Source of the DNA: Felis catus
Taxonomy: Eukaryota
DNA length: 64,000 nucleotides
Reading direction: 5' to 3'
Assembly (NCBI RefSeq): GCF_018350175.1
Contig: NC_058368.1
Coordinates: forward strand, 61,816,001 to 61,880,000
Shown: in pieces, positions 51,550-62,643 of the stretch
How the letters are laid out: every line of letters begins with the position of its first letter
Numbering within the stretch: position 1 is the stretch's first letter
The notes under the pieces: generated by a model
Databases searched by the model: none
Seen by the model: only the letters and a program-made list of their open reading frames with translations
What the model was told of the DNA's origin: nothing
Program-made: the position numbers and the translations under genes

Positions 51550-53087
51550 AATTAGTAAAGAGATTGAAATTGGGGGTAGTTTATGGGGAGATATATAAAA
51601 AGTATTGTTTTTATAAAGCATTGGGTCTGTAATGCTTATTCAGAAAATGTGATCATTATGTGGCCTTCAAATATTATTGTATTTGGAAAACTACTTGCTA
51701 GACTCACGGCTAGAAAATGAGAAAGATTTCCTTAGTTGGTTCTTCAGTTATCCTGTACAGCAAGAGAAGAGAGTATCAGTCTCACAAAATGGAACTAACT
51801 CGTTTTGTCCTCTCAGAGCCATCTATGACCCAGGCGAGAAGGCAAAGGTTGAAAGGTGATAGCATCATATACAAGCTTCCCTCACATGATCTTTCCAGCC
51901 TTCAGAATGAAAACTTATCACAGTATATTTTGAAGTAGTTTTCCTTCTTCTTTTTCTTCCTCTTCATCTTCTTCTTCTTTTTTCTTTTTTTTCCCTAAGA
52001 GTTACTGCTGCATCACCAATTAATGGAGAAAATAGGTTCTTATCTGCCCGGTGATGGACAGAGAATAACGGCAGTTATTGACTGCAGTGCCCTAAGAGAT
52101 GATGACTGTGTCTGGGTTATTCGAGAAAATTAGAGGGAAGATGCATCCTGAAACATTCCCTGCTGAACCTTTGACTTCAGAAGTTGTAGTGCTTCCACCC
52201 TGTTTAATGGGCTTGAAGTTTTAATCCAGCAGGGACGTAGCAGCGTCCTGTGGTCAGTTGAATGGACTCATGCTGTGCACTTTGTGCTAGAAATCTTTTC
52301 ATTTCTCTGGAGTATTCTTTCTCCACATAATGGGAAGCCATCAAAACCAGGGAAATCAGTTCCCATTTAAGGACATTAGTACATAAAATGGACATTCATA
52401 CAAGTCTGCTCATTTTATTTGATTTTTATGTCATTCAAAAGACAGAAAGAACTCCTTCTTTCGCTTCAATTGAATTTTTGTCAGAATTAGAAGCTGGTGA
52501 GCTAAACACTCAGATTGTATGTGCTTGTGTGTGGAGATACTAAGTACTGTCTTTAAAACGTTTTGTTCATGGTAACTCCGGCTGCAAATCTGAAGATTTA
52601 TGAGAAGATAAATCAGACAAACCTGTAAATTTGCTGGCTCTTCTCAATAATCATGTATTATCCTTTTGTGGGGACATAGGAAGGGAAGAAAATGTAAAAA
52701 GGTCAAAATCAGGCCACTCTCCCTGTTACTTATTTAGGCTTTTTGGCTACATAACATTGACTTCTTCATACTCTGTTGTAGTAGAGCCAAAACCACGCTT
52801 AACATTCACAAATTCACTCTTGGTTTAAGTTAAAATTGGTCAGTCAAATAAATATTGATAGGTAAGTTAGTAGCACATTCTGACTATATTCCTGTGCTTT
52901 AATTTGTTAATTAACATAGTAAAAAAAGATGAAAAAAACAGTAAGAGAAAAACTTAAAAACATTACAATCCAAAATATGAATTTCTTCTGATTTCTACAT
53001 AGCAGAGGCATTCCTGGCTTATTTCCTATTTATACAAACTTACACCATCTCAAACGCCCTTATTTTTCTACCAAGTACGCACACACT

Positions 53088-53170
53088 GATTTATTCAGCA
53101 AATAATTATTGACAACTTGCCTACCAGGTAGCAGAGACTGTAGTCTCTATGCTTCAGCATTCATACTCAA
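53088..53170 (-). mobile_element. L2 3'-end remnant
   Basis: atttattcagcaaataattattgacaacttgcct resembles the reverse L2 terminus. Confidence 0.45.
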
Positions 53171-53399
53171 TGTCACCATCACCACAAATCATATTGTACC
53201 AATTAATTACAAACAGTCGTGTATATTTCCGAAATACACATTCATTATTTTAGTTCACTGAACCTGAGAGAATGTGACTTATGCTATTTTGAAATGCTAG
53301 AATTTATTGAAATTTCATAGTGATATAAGATTAGGATAATTGGGTATATAATCCATGGCTGTTTGTAAAGAGAAAAAAAAAAGAAAGAAACTATCCCAA

Positions 53400-54800
53400 T
53401 AAAAAGAACCAGGTAGAGGCTGGTTTCACCTCTTCCAACATAGCCTTGCAAGTCACACAATGTCAGTTTTGCTAGCTTCCGTTGGTTAAAAGTGAGCAGC
53501 TATGGCCAGCATATGTTCAAGGGAGGGTAAATTAGACCCCCATCCTGATGGATGGAGTATCAAGTGATTTATTGAAACATATGTAAGCAATCAGTAAGCT
53601 TTCTGAACCACAAAGTACTCACTTCTCTTCCACATGCATGTTAAACTCTGTACCTCCCAAGATCCTCCAAAGTCTCATCTTTTGTGTCATCATATTCAAT
53701 TTGAGTTCTAGGATCCTGTCATGTAATTCAGAGTCAGGGACAGAGATAGCTTCTTGGGTACAATTTTTGGGGTACTGCTCCTTTGAATACCATTCCTCTT
53801 AATCAGAAGTCCTATCCAGGCTCCTCTGGAAGTCGATATCCGACAGTAGCGTCGATTTAGGTGACTAACCACTCTAGACACCCCCATCTACAGGGGAAGT
53901 GAAAAGAGGCACAGAGTAGTTGCTAGTCAGTAGAAAGTCTGAAATCCAGTTCAGAAACCATGTTGGCAAATTCTCAACTTGTGCTTAACCCTCCTACCTA
54001 GAAATGTACTCCATGAATCTTGGCTCCCCTCTCCGGACCTTAGGTTCCACCCTTTGAATTAGAATTCCTTTAACATAAAATGTAATCTAGGTTTCCAGGT
54101 GAGTGGTTTGTCTTAGCTTGCTTCTGCACATAGTAGCTGGGGGTCCAAAGAATCTTTTTCTTCTGTACTATCTCTTCCCCCTTTTACTCTAAGCAACAAT
54201 GTTCCCATTATTGCAACATTCTAAAACATTCTGTAAGTCTCTATAAGTCTTATTGGAATAGATTCCACTCTGGGGTTCTTAGAAACTTTATAAATTAATG
54301 GACATTTTTTTTTAAATTTTTTGTTAATGTTTTTATTTATTTTTGAGACAGAGAGAGACAGAGCATGAATGGGGGAGGGTCAGAGAGAGAGGGAGACACA
54401 GAATCCAAAGCAGGCTCCAGGCTCTGAGCTGTCAGCACAGAGCCCGACGCGGGGCTCGAACTCACGGACAGCGAGATCATGACCTGAGCCGAAGTCGGAC
54501 GTTCAACTGACTGAGCCACCCAGGCGCCCCGAATTAATGGAAATTTATATGACACACCCTTACTGTCTTTACAAGCATTTTGTCTGTTTGAATGATTTAT
54601 GAGACACCACTATACATTTTTCTAAGACCTTAACCAACCATTTAAAGTCACATCCTTGGCTGTATCTTTACACCATGTTTTCCTGACAGCAAGCTGAATG
54701 TGACTTTTGCCTGGAAACCACTCCTTAATTTGAGAATCATTTAGAGATTCTAGAGAAATCTGGGAAGATTAAGAAAGAGAAACAGTTCTATTTTTGAGCC
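53400..54800 (-). mobile_element. MaLR LTR part (~53400-53593) plus MLT1 internal sequence, SINE-interrupted
   Basis: tagccttgcaagtcacacaatgtcagttttgc…ttcaagggagggtaaattagaccccc is an MLT1H/I-like LTR; the internal part resembles 31949-32900. Confidence 0.7.
54308..54530 (-). mobile_element. Can-SINE (feliform SINEC, CpG-rich)
   Basis: TSD AATTAATGGA(C/A)ATTT at 54293-54307 and 54532-54546. Confidence 0.96.
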
Positions 54801-55619
54801 CACTCAGGTCTTTGTCTTGTTATATGCAAGAGTACACTTTAGCTTGTAGGTTTGTTTTTCTTTCTTTCACTCCAAAGTAATCTTGCCTGGGTTAACAGAT
54901 AAAATACCATCTCTCTGAAGATACTAATGATAAGTTATTTATTATATCAAATAATAATTTACAAAGTACATAGGTACTTACACGTACATGCAGAGAGAAT
55001 TTTCCTTGTCTCCATCTTTAAGTTTGTTGTCTTTTTTATTCACTCAGTTTAGTTTTCATGCTGTCAGTTTCCTGAAATATATATATTTTTAATTTTTGGT
55101 CTTCAGTTCAAGTGAAAAATCACTGTTCACTTGGAAAAGGTTTTTGTTTCAAAGCTTCTGATCTAAAATGGGAATTTGGAGGGAAATGAAACTGAGAATG
55201 CTTTGTATTAATTTATATATGGAGCTATAATTTTGGAACATGTGGCTCCTTGCCCTTCACGGCAGCCAAACCTTGCTTAAGACTCTATCTCAGTTCTCTC
55301 TCTCAGACATGAAAATGCACTCTAGAGTATCCAGAACAATCACCCTGTTTATTTACCAAGCTAATCTCAGAGTATTAGCCCAAGTTTAAACGCATGAGCC
55401 AGACAATTTGCAAATAAGAAACTGACACACAAGAGAAGCCTTTTTTAAACTTAATTGCTCCTGTGATTGCTGTTAGCAATGTCTATTCGTACCCTTGCTC
55501 AGCCTTGATTTGGGTTTTTCTTTCACGGCCTCCATAGAAGAGTTATTTGTTTGTTGTGGGTTCTGTCTTATGTCTGAATCTACTGAGTTTCTCGGGTTTT
55601 TTCAATTTTGATTTAAATG

Positions 55620-55621
<2 letters not shown>

Positions 55622-55664
<43 letters not shown>

Positions 55665-55665
55665 C
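55622..55665. repeat. (TG)n microsatellite
   Basis: Directly visible. Confidence 0.97.
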
Positions 55666-55671
55666 GTGCGC

Positions 55672-56080
55672 ACCAGTTTAGGTTCTCCAGGAAATAAGTA
55701 CCAAACTGAATCAGAATTATAAACGGTTTACTGGGCGCTCCTATAAAGTGTAAAGGTGAGAGGCTTAGAAATAGGTAGGGAGGACCTCTGAACGTAATTC
55801 AGGTCTGGCTTCATTGAAGAGAAATTGGGAAGGAAGGAGAGGTCAGAGAGAGTCTCAGACTGCGGTGTAACTGAGAAAGTTTTCCCAGGCTAATGGAGAG
55901 GTCCCAAACAAAGATTGCCCAGCTGAGAAGTCCTACATCAGACAGGAAGGGCTTGGCTTTAGAGCCTCCACCGTTCTCAGTCACTGGCCTGGAGCAGCCG
56001 GGCAGAGCTTCACCTTGGCTCCAGTGTCGCGGTGAATCCTGAAGGCACAGGAGCTGGGGCTGTCGGCACATGTCTAACGT
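55672..56080 (-). mobile_element. Ancient ERVL LTR (LTR33/LTR16-like)
   Basis: ggttctccaggaaa…gagtctcagactgcggtg…caaagattgccc…ctcagtcactggcctggagcagcc…gagctggggctgtc. Confidence 0.65.
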
Positions 56081-56528
56081 GTCTCTAACAAGAGAAAGAT
56101 GAAACATTCGAAGTTAGTGGTCTAGTACTGGCTTCTGAATGAGATAGAAATTCAAATGAACGCTGATAAAAGTCATAGTTCTGTCTCCTCTATTCTAATT
56201 TGAACTAGGAATAAATATTCCTATGCTATATTTCTCCTCACTGATTACTCCCAGAATACAAAATTACCTTCTTTGAACCAGTATGTGCACATTGGTAAAA
56301 CATAGATTCAAGTGTCTAAATCATTTCTAAATTTAGGTGTAGAATTTTTTTCTTTAAATTTACTTATTCTTCAGGCAAAGTTTTATTCCCTTTTCTACTT
56401 TTCCTTTTTTATCTTGTGGCGACTTAAGCTTAGCTGCTGTCAGAAAGCAAAATAAGGTTCATCTTTTTCTTTTTTTGTATTTTTTACATCACTGAAATTT
56501 AATTGTTGAGATTGCATGCTGCCTTTCT

Positions 56529-56744
56529 TTTTTTTTTTTTATTTTTTTCAACGTTTTTTATTTATTTTTGGGACAGAGCATGAACGGGGGAGGGGCAGAG
56601 AGAGAGGGAGACACAGAATCGGAAACAGGCTCCAGGCTCTGAGCCATCAGCCCAGAGCCTGACGCGGGGCTCGAACTCACGGACCGCGAGATCGTGACCT
56701 GGCTGAAGTCGGACGCTTAACCGACTGCACCACCCAGGCACCCC
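56529..56744 (-). mobile_element. Young feline SINEC (SINEC_Fc-type)
   Basis: Perfect 16-bp TSD TGCATGCTGCCTTTCT at 56513-56528 and 56745-56760; ~10-bp deletion in the CT tract relative to the 28541 and 43681 copies. Confidence 0.98.
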
Positions 56745-57169
56745 TGCATGCTGCCTTTCTATTCCCCCATGGTCCTGCTTTGTGTTTGAATTGCTTGACT
56801 TGATATAAAATTTACATTTACACTTCCAAAATTATAGCTCCCTCTTCAAATTACTATAAAGCCCGACCAGCTTCATTTCCCACTGTATATGTACTACAAT
56901 TCTACAATTTGGGGGAAAAAATAGTCCAAAAAATAAATTCAGATTTCTGTCAACTACTGCTTAACACAAATAATAAACATTTCCAAATCACTGTACTCTA
57001 AATGATCAGTACACAAAGATTCACTAATTTGATTTTCAATAACTTATTGTATTTAAAAAAAACATACTGATATGTTTTTAGAGATATACTAATTCCCTAT
57101 GTGTCGTTAGAAAAACGAATTCAGTGTTGATGAGTGAAAGAAATCAAATGAAAATACAGTTTTAGTTCA

Positions 57170-57330
57170 CTGTGTAGTAGGTAGGGATCACATGATATGG
57201 TTAGTGGACCTATTTTCGCCACTCATTTATCTCATGACCTGAAGATGTGTACTCAGAATTTCTATCTTTTTCTTCCTCTATAAAATAGAAGAGGAAGTAG
57301 TAATGGGTACCTTCGAGATGTATAGTATTC
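57170..57330 (+). mobile_element. MIR remnant
   Basis: gccactcatttatctcatgacctg…ttcctctataaaatagaag resembles the MIR core. Another MIR lies at ~63125-63240. Confidence 0.45.
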
Positions 57331-58149
57331 CATTGCTTTTCTATGTTCCTCTGAAATAGTATATTATTTTTCATTAATTAGGAGTATTACATTTCTAGAA
57401 ATTGTCCATTTTCAAAAAAAAGAAACGTGTTTGCTTAATAACTAAAATTAACTTTTATTGTTTATTTTAATTAATAATTTGAGGTGGTCAAACCATAAAC
57501 CTATTTGTCTTGTGAATATTAAGAAATGTAGAAAAAGATTCAAGTTACCTGTGAGTATATATTTGACAACCAAGCCAGTGTGAGAGGTTTAAACAAGTGT
57601 ATTTCTTCACACTCTTGTGGAAAGGGCACACTGCATCTTTTCATTTATTTTTTTATAAGTGTGTGCCCTCTCTCACAGTCAACTATAATTTAAGACACCT
57701 TAAATAATTGCCTCTATACCTGAGTCTCATCAATCCTGACCAACTATCTGTCATCTATTCATGTTTCAAAATATATATGACATAAATGGAATCATCTATA
57801 TGGCAAAGAACAAAGGAAATTGTTGGCCATGGATCAGTGTAGCTATATGACATTAACAATTTAGAAAGCATCAATTCAACAAGAATATTAACAATTCTGA
57901 AAATGTATGCACTCAAAATATAGCTCAAAATTATATAAAGCAAAACTTAAAAGAAGTAATAATAAATCCACATAGTTTAATATTTTTATACATTTCTGAA
58001 ATGCCTGATAGATAAAACAAACAACAACCAATAAGCATATGTATAATATTAAAAATACAATTAAAATTTCTGATGAAGTGTCAAGATTCATAAACGATAT
58101 AGAAATGCAAAATAAAGGCACAAATGTCACTACTATTGGCGGTACTTGA

Positions 58150-58830
58150 TGTTCTGTTCAGACACCGTAAAAAGTGACAAATCCATCTCACAGCTTCTGG
58201 AGAGAGTCTGACTCTTTTCCTCCATTGGGGCAACTCTGAAGTGCCTTCCAAGCTTTACAGCTTCACACAGGATTTAACAGCTTCTCCTTCTACCCTGTCC
58301 TGCATTCCTAACTTCCCTTTAGATATATCGCCTAAGAGTACTCTTGAATAAAGTTCCTGTCTGGTATTATCCATAGCACAGTTTGTTTCCAGGAAACTGA
58401 TTTTTAAATAATTGGTGCCAGATTTGGGATGATCGTAGGAAGCAAATTTTCCAGTAGGATTTTGGAAATGTATCACTTGCTGGCTTGCTGAATCTCTTCA
58501 AACACTGATGATAACTGAAGGTAGGTACAGGGTTTTTTGGCATGCTCTAACAGAGCAATTGTTAATTTTTTCACCAGCAGAAGGAAAAATAACTGGTTGG
58601 TGAAATATCTTTTTTGAGACTGGATAGGTACAGAGGAACTGCAATTATGATGACTATATAACTTTTTGCCCGTTGGTGAGCACTGTGAATCCGCTAAAAA
58701 GGGAGAATGGCAGGTTCGAGATGATTAAGCATCAATTTAAGGGAGAAAAATAATTTGAAAGCCAGAAAGCAACCCTGGCAGGATTTCAGGAAACCCTAAC
58801 CTTCTCAAGCCAGAAGACAGACAGAATGGA
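58150..58830 (+). mobile_element. Ancient ERV-L: 5' LTR 3' part (to ~58410), leader and gag start
   Basis: LTR end with AATAAA (58347-58352) and gtttccaggaaactg, then ATTGGTGCCAGA PBS-like leader and gag-like gaaagccagaaagcaaccctggcag…gaaaccctaaccttctc. Confidence 0.7.
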
Positions 58831-59955
58831 ATTTCCATCTTTAGATAATAAGTTTGAACTTGACAAATGACTCAGGTCTGGAAACCAATCAAGGGGTTAT
58901 GACTTTTAAAATTGGTATTCTAATTATCCTCAGTGATTTTTTTATTATATAAATTAAATAATACCCTTGACGATGATTCATTTAGCATATTTCTGAGAAA
59001 ATCATATTCTATTAATAATCTCCATAAATTTCTATAAGTTGTGACTCTGACTGCCACTTAAATTTTGCCTTTGATTGCAATAATTTTGTCCGCCTTGCTC
59101 CTGAGAGTTAAATCTCACCACCTAGCCTTATTTATTTTGGGATTCTATTCTTCCACTTAGATTCAGAAGCTCAGATTCTGTAACACCATCTTCTACCATC
59201 AGCACTGGACTACAGAGAATAGTCATAACTTAGTTTCACACCAGTGCATTCCTTATTGCTGTGATAAAATGGATGTCCGGTCGGTCCATCAATGGAAAGC
59301 TGTAGACTGCTTAGTTTTCTGGCATTTGGTAGACTATCCAACTAGCATACACAATTTTTGTGCCTTTAGATCCCTTTTTCCCTGCTAGTGGGCAATTCCA
59401 CCATTTCTACCTCATGTATTATTGACTGTCATTTTCCCCCAAGTTTCCCGTAACTATCTCAGCAGTAGATTAGTACTTCCTCCCAAAGCCCTTTCCTTGG
59501 AAAGGAAATCTTGTACCGCAGAAAGTGCTCCCCCATTATTAAAACCTCCTTGACCCACATGTATACTCTTTATTCTTTGATCCAGCAGCCTCAAGCACAG
59601 TCCCCTGCTTACTTTCAGATGCTGCTGATGCATAAAGAGATTTTGCAATTCTTTCATCATACAATTCGTTTTCATACTTCATTCAGAATATACCAACTTC
59701 TGACGCTATAGATGGGGGATAAAGAAAATATCGTCTTATGAAGCACCCGCCTTATTTGAGGCTCATGTATGATATTTCACTCTGAGGGGCCACCGCATTT
59801 TCTCAATACAGAGTGGACACTGATATCAATTCCAAGACTGAAGATGCTCCTGATCTTAACTGAAGATACTGGGTAGGGCTTAAGATTCAATCTGAATCTC
59901 TTCCTCTGAAGAGATCATCTGAATCTCCTCCACTCATAAATTTAAGTCCTAAGCT
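58830..59955 (-). mobile_element. Inverted segment of ERV-L gag (decayed)
   Basis: ORF 59454-59675(-) KELQNLF…LRLLDQRIKSIHVGQGGFNNGGALS…ALGGSTNLL resembles recalled ERV-L Gag (KEL…WILRVWDNGGRNIKLDQAEFID.G.LSRDS.FN..A). Downstream minus-strand DNA continues as gag to its end (tttccagacctgagtca). Confidence 0.75.
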
Positions 59956-60790
59956 TGGAGCTGAAAACCAATAGAGTAGAAGTAGGAATAAGATTAGTCA
60001 CCATCCTTTTGGTAACCCATTGGGATATTGTGCTTCCGATTTGCCATAGACTGATTGCTTCTCTCCTCCCAGCTTCCATATGTTGAAATCTTAGCCTAAT
60101 GGGAAGTGAGGACTTTGGGAAGTGTGTAGATCATGAAGGGGTAAATGAATGGGATTAGTGCCCTTATCAAAGCAGCCTGAGAAACCCACTGGCCTTTTCC
60201 ACCTTGTAAGTTTCCTCAATGAGAGAGTGGGCTCTCACCAGACATTGAATCTCCTTAGTGCTCTGGTGTTCACTTCCCAGCCTCCAGAACTGTGAAAAAT
60301 AAATTTCACTTGTTTTTAAGCCACCCAGTTTATGATATTTTTGTTATAACAATCCAAACAGACTAAGATAGCATTCTGAAATGCTGGCCAATATAGTTCT
60401 AGATGTTCTGCTTCCTAAAGGGGGAAAGTTCTTACTAGAGAGCGTATTAACAGTACCTCTTAACTGTAAGCTCTGGCTGCTTCTGGTCACTTAATTCTCC
60501 TCCTGCCAAGAGACCATCAGGTAAGAAATGGAATCACAGCTATGGCAGGAATAATAATTGTTATCATCAGGGAAAAGCAGGGCTGCTGCTACACGATGGC
60601 AGAAGGGAGGAATGTTTAGTTCAGATGACCCACTGGGGCATGTTTTGAGCTCCTATGCTCAATTTTAGCTATAAATCCACACAACACATACAACAACTGT
60701 GACATGAGGAAATGAAGGTATTCCAAGGCTTAGACTCCTCAAGGTTATATGCCTGAGTCTTCCCACTAGGCTTTCCACCCTGACCAGTTT
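59956..60790 (+). mobile_element. ERV-L integrase C-terminus and dUTPase remnant, interrupted by MLT1A
   Basis: cttcctaaagggggaa…aactgtaagctctggctgc…tggcaggaataata…tatcatcagggaaaagcagggctgctgctacacgatgg matches the recalled ERV-L dUTPase DNA; frameshifted. Confidence 0.75.
60042..60370 (+). mobile_element. MaLR solo LTR (MLT1A-like)
   Basis: catatgttgaaatctta…atgggattagtgcccttat…ttcccagcctccagaactgtgaaaaataaatttc…aagccacccagtttatgatatt…gactaagata. Confidence 0.9.
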
Positions 60791-61507
60791 TAGTTTGTTT
60801 ACAACCATTGTGCTATTCTGGTAATTGAATTTAAAGTTATAAACCTCCTTCCAGAGGTGGTTCTAGATGTGTCCCACAAAGGGTGGCATGTAGGGCCATG
60901 AATTCAGTAGTTTTGCATAGCTCTACCAGTGCTGCTGTCTGTTGTTTAGCTTGAGGCTGTGACAATAGGAGGAAACATTTATGTTTATCATAAACATATC
61001 TTCCTATTTTGTTGCTACTTGTATGGGTAGATGACACTCTACCTTGTTTCCTTGATATTTTCCAGTTTAAATGTTTTGTTTAGTTTTATTTGTTTTGTTG
61101 TTGTTACATAATAACATCTCCCTTCACCACCCCTGGGCTCCATTCTTCTTTTGTTTTATATTTGCCTGGTATATCTTCCCCAACCTTTGAATTTCCAATC
61201 TTCACTGCATTTTTTTATTCGGTGTGCCTCTTGTAGAACTCATCTGTTGACACTATGTGTTGGGGGGTGTTTGGCTGTGTGTGTTTTAATTAAATCTGAG
61301 AGCCTCTGTCTTTTCTTTGGTTAGATTTTAATGATATACACATAAACTGAGGGTTAGTATTCTTTAAGAATATGGATATATTTCCCCCTGCCCTTTTATG
61401 CTTTCTGTCCTTTGTTTTTACCTTATTAAGTTACTTGATCACTCTTGCTTCCCATATCAATTGTATTATCTGTCTAGATTTTTTTTTCTCCTTAAGAATG
61501 TTTTCAT

Positions 61508-61735
61508 GGGGTGCCTGGGTGGCTCAGTCAATTAAAGATCCAACTTCGGCTCAGGTCATGATCTCACAGTTAATGAGTTCGAGTGCCCGTAGGGCTCTGT
61601 GCTGACAGCTCAGAGCCTGGAGCCTGCTTTGGATTCTGTGTCTCTTTCTCTCTCTCTGTCTCTCCCCTCCTTGCTCACACTCTGTCTCTCTGTCTCTCTG
61701 TCTCTCTCAAAAATAAATGTTATTTTTTTTTTACA
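61508..61735 (+). mobile_element. Can-SINE (feliform SINEC) within an old minus-strand L1 remnant (~60950-62050)
   Basis: Perfect TSD AAGAATGTTTTCA at 61494-61506 and 61736-61748. Confidence 0.96.
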
Positions 61736-62529
61736 AAGAATGTTTTCAATGTGTCTTTTTGTGGTACGATCTTTCCTAGGAATTATATGCTTGAAAATAT
61801 TATACCCTTCCATTTAAATAACAATTTGGCTAGATACAAAATCTTAGGTTCAAGTGTTTTTATATGCAGTATGGAAACAATTATGGACCTGTTAATTTCT
61901 TTTCCCCAGTATCATTGTTGAGAAGCTTGAAGCAAATCTGATTTATCTTAATTTGAAGATGAACAATTCTCTTTTTTCTGGGTGCTCATGGAATTTTGTT
62001 TGTATTTTTGGTTTTGTGCTGATTTGAAATTTTTCTGCTTCTGTTTGCTCTACAACATTTTTCCTATGATCCTAGAATGTGAAACTATTGATGCTTTTAT
62101 CTTGTTGGTACACCTAGTGTTATATCAATGATTATGCTCATTTTGTATTTTACATACAGTTAGGTTTCCTTTAAACACATTTAACTTCACTTATCAATAA
62201 ATGCATATCTTAGATGAAGCAAATTCTGTAGCCATTTTATACTCTCTGGGTTATTTAACCTGTGCTGTCAGGACTACAAAAATCCCAACTGAGCTACAGT
62301 GAAGACACTACTTGCCATATCAGCAGGAGTATAACACTGACTCCTGGGAGCTTCCCTTTTCTCCTATTTGAGTAACCTAACCCTGAAACAGCACATATTT
62401 TTGCATAAATAGCGTGTAGGCATAGCAGATGCTGTAATGATCGCCTCCTGCAGAAGAAGGAGGATTTACTGCACTGTGAAACTTTTAGGCAAGGCTACTA
62501 TGCTAATGAACAAAAAGGCATATACTTAC

Positions 62530-62643
62530 ACAGGAAAACATTAGCAAGATCCCTAGACTGCTTTTTAGCTCTATATTACTAAATTTCCTCCCACTGATGA
62601 CTCCCTACCGGTAGCCCTGTGCTCCTTATGCGCAGAGGTCATG
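62530..62643 (-). other. Candidate spliced non-coding exon (114 nt)
   Basis: Minus-strand acceptor TTTTTACTTTCGTTCTTTTGTCCAG|C and donor CTGT|GTAAGTAT, in non-repetitive DNA; stops in all three frames. Confidence 0.35.

Noticed and set aside
51940..52130. Long pyrimidine tract ending in AAG as a possible acceptor
   Set aside because: It is a (CTT)n low-complexity tract; downstream frames close early and no good donor follows.
3380..56080. Strand bias of repeats as evidence of a host gene direction
   Set aside because: Most LTRs are on minus, while L1s are mostly plus before ~40 kb and mostly minus after. The signals conflict and the counts are small.
1525..61921. Recurring ORFs such as …SSPASGSVLTAQSLEPASDSVS…LMLCLSLSQK and …RGRERGRHRIGNRLQALSHQ…
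   Set aside because: They are translations of Can-SINE bodies, not a gene family.
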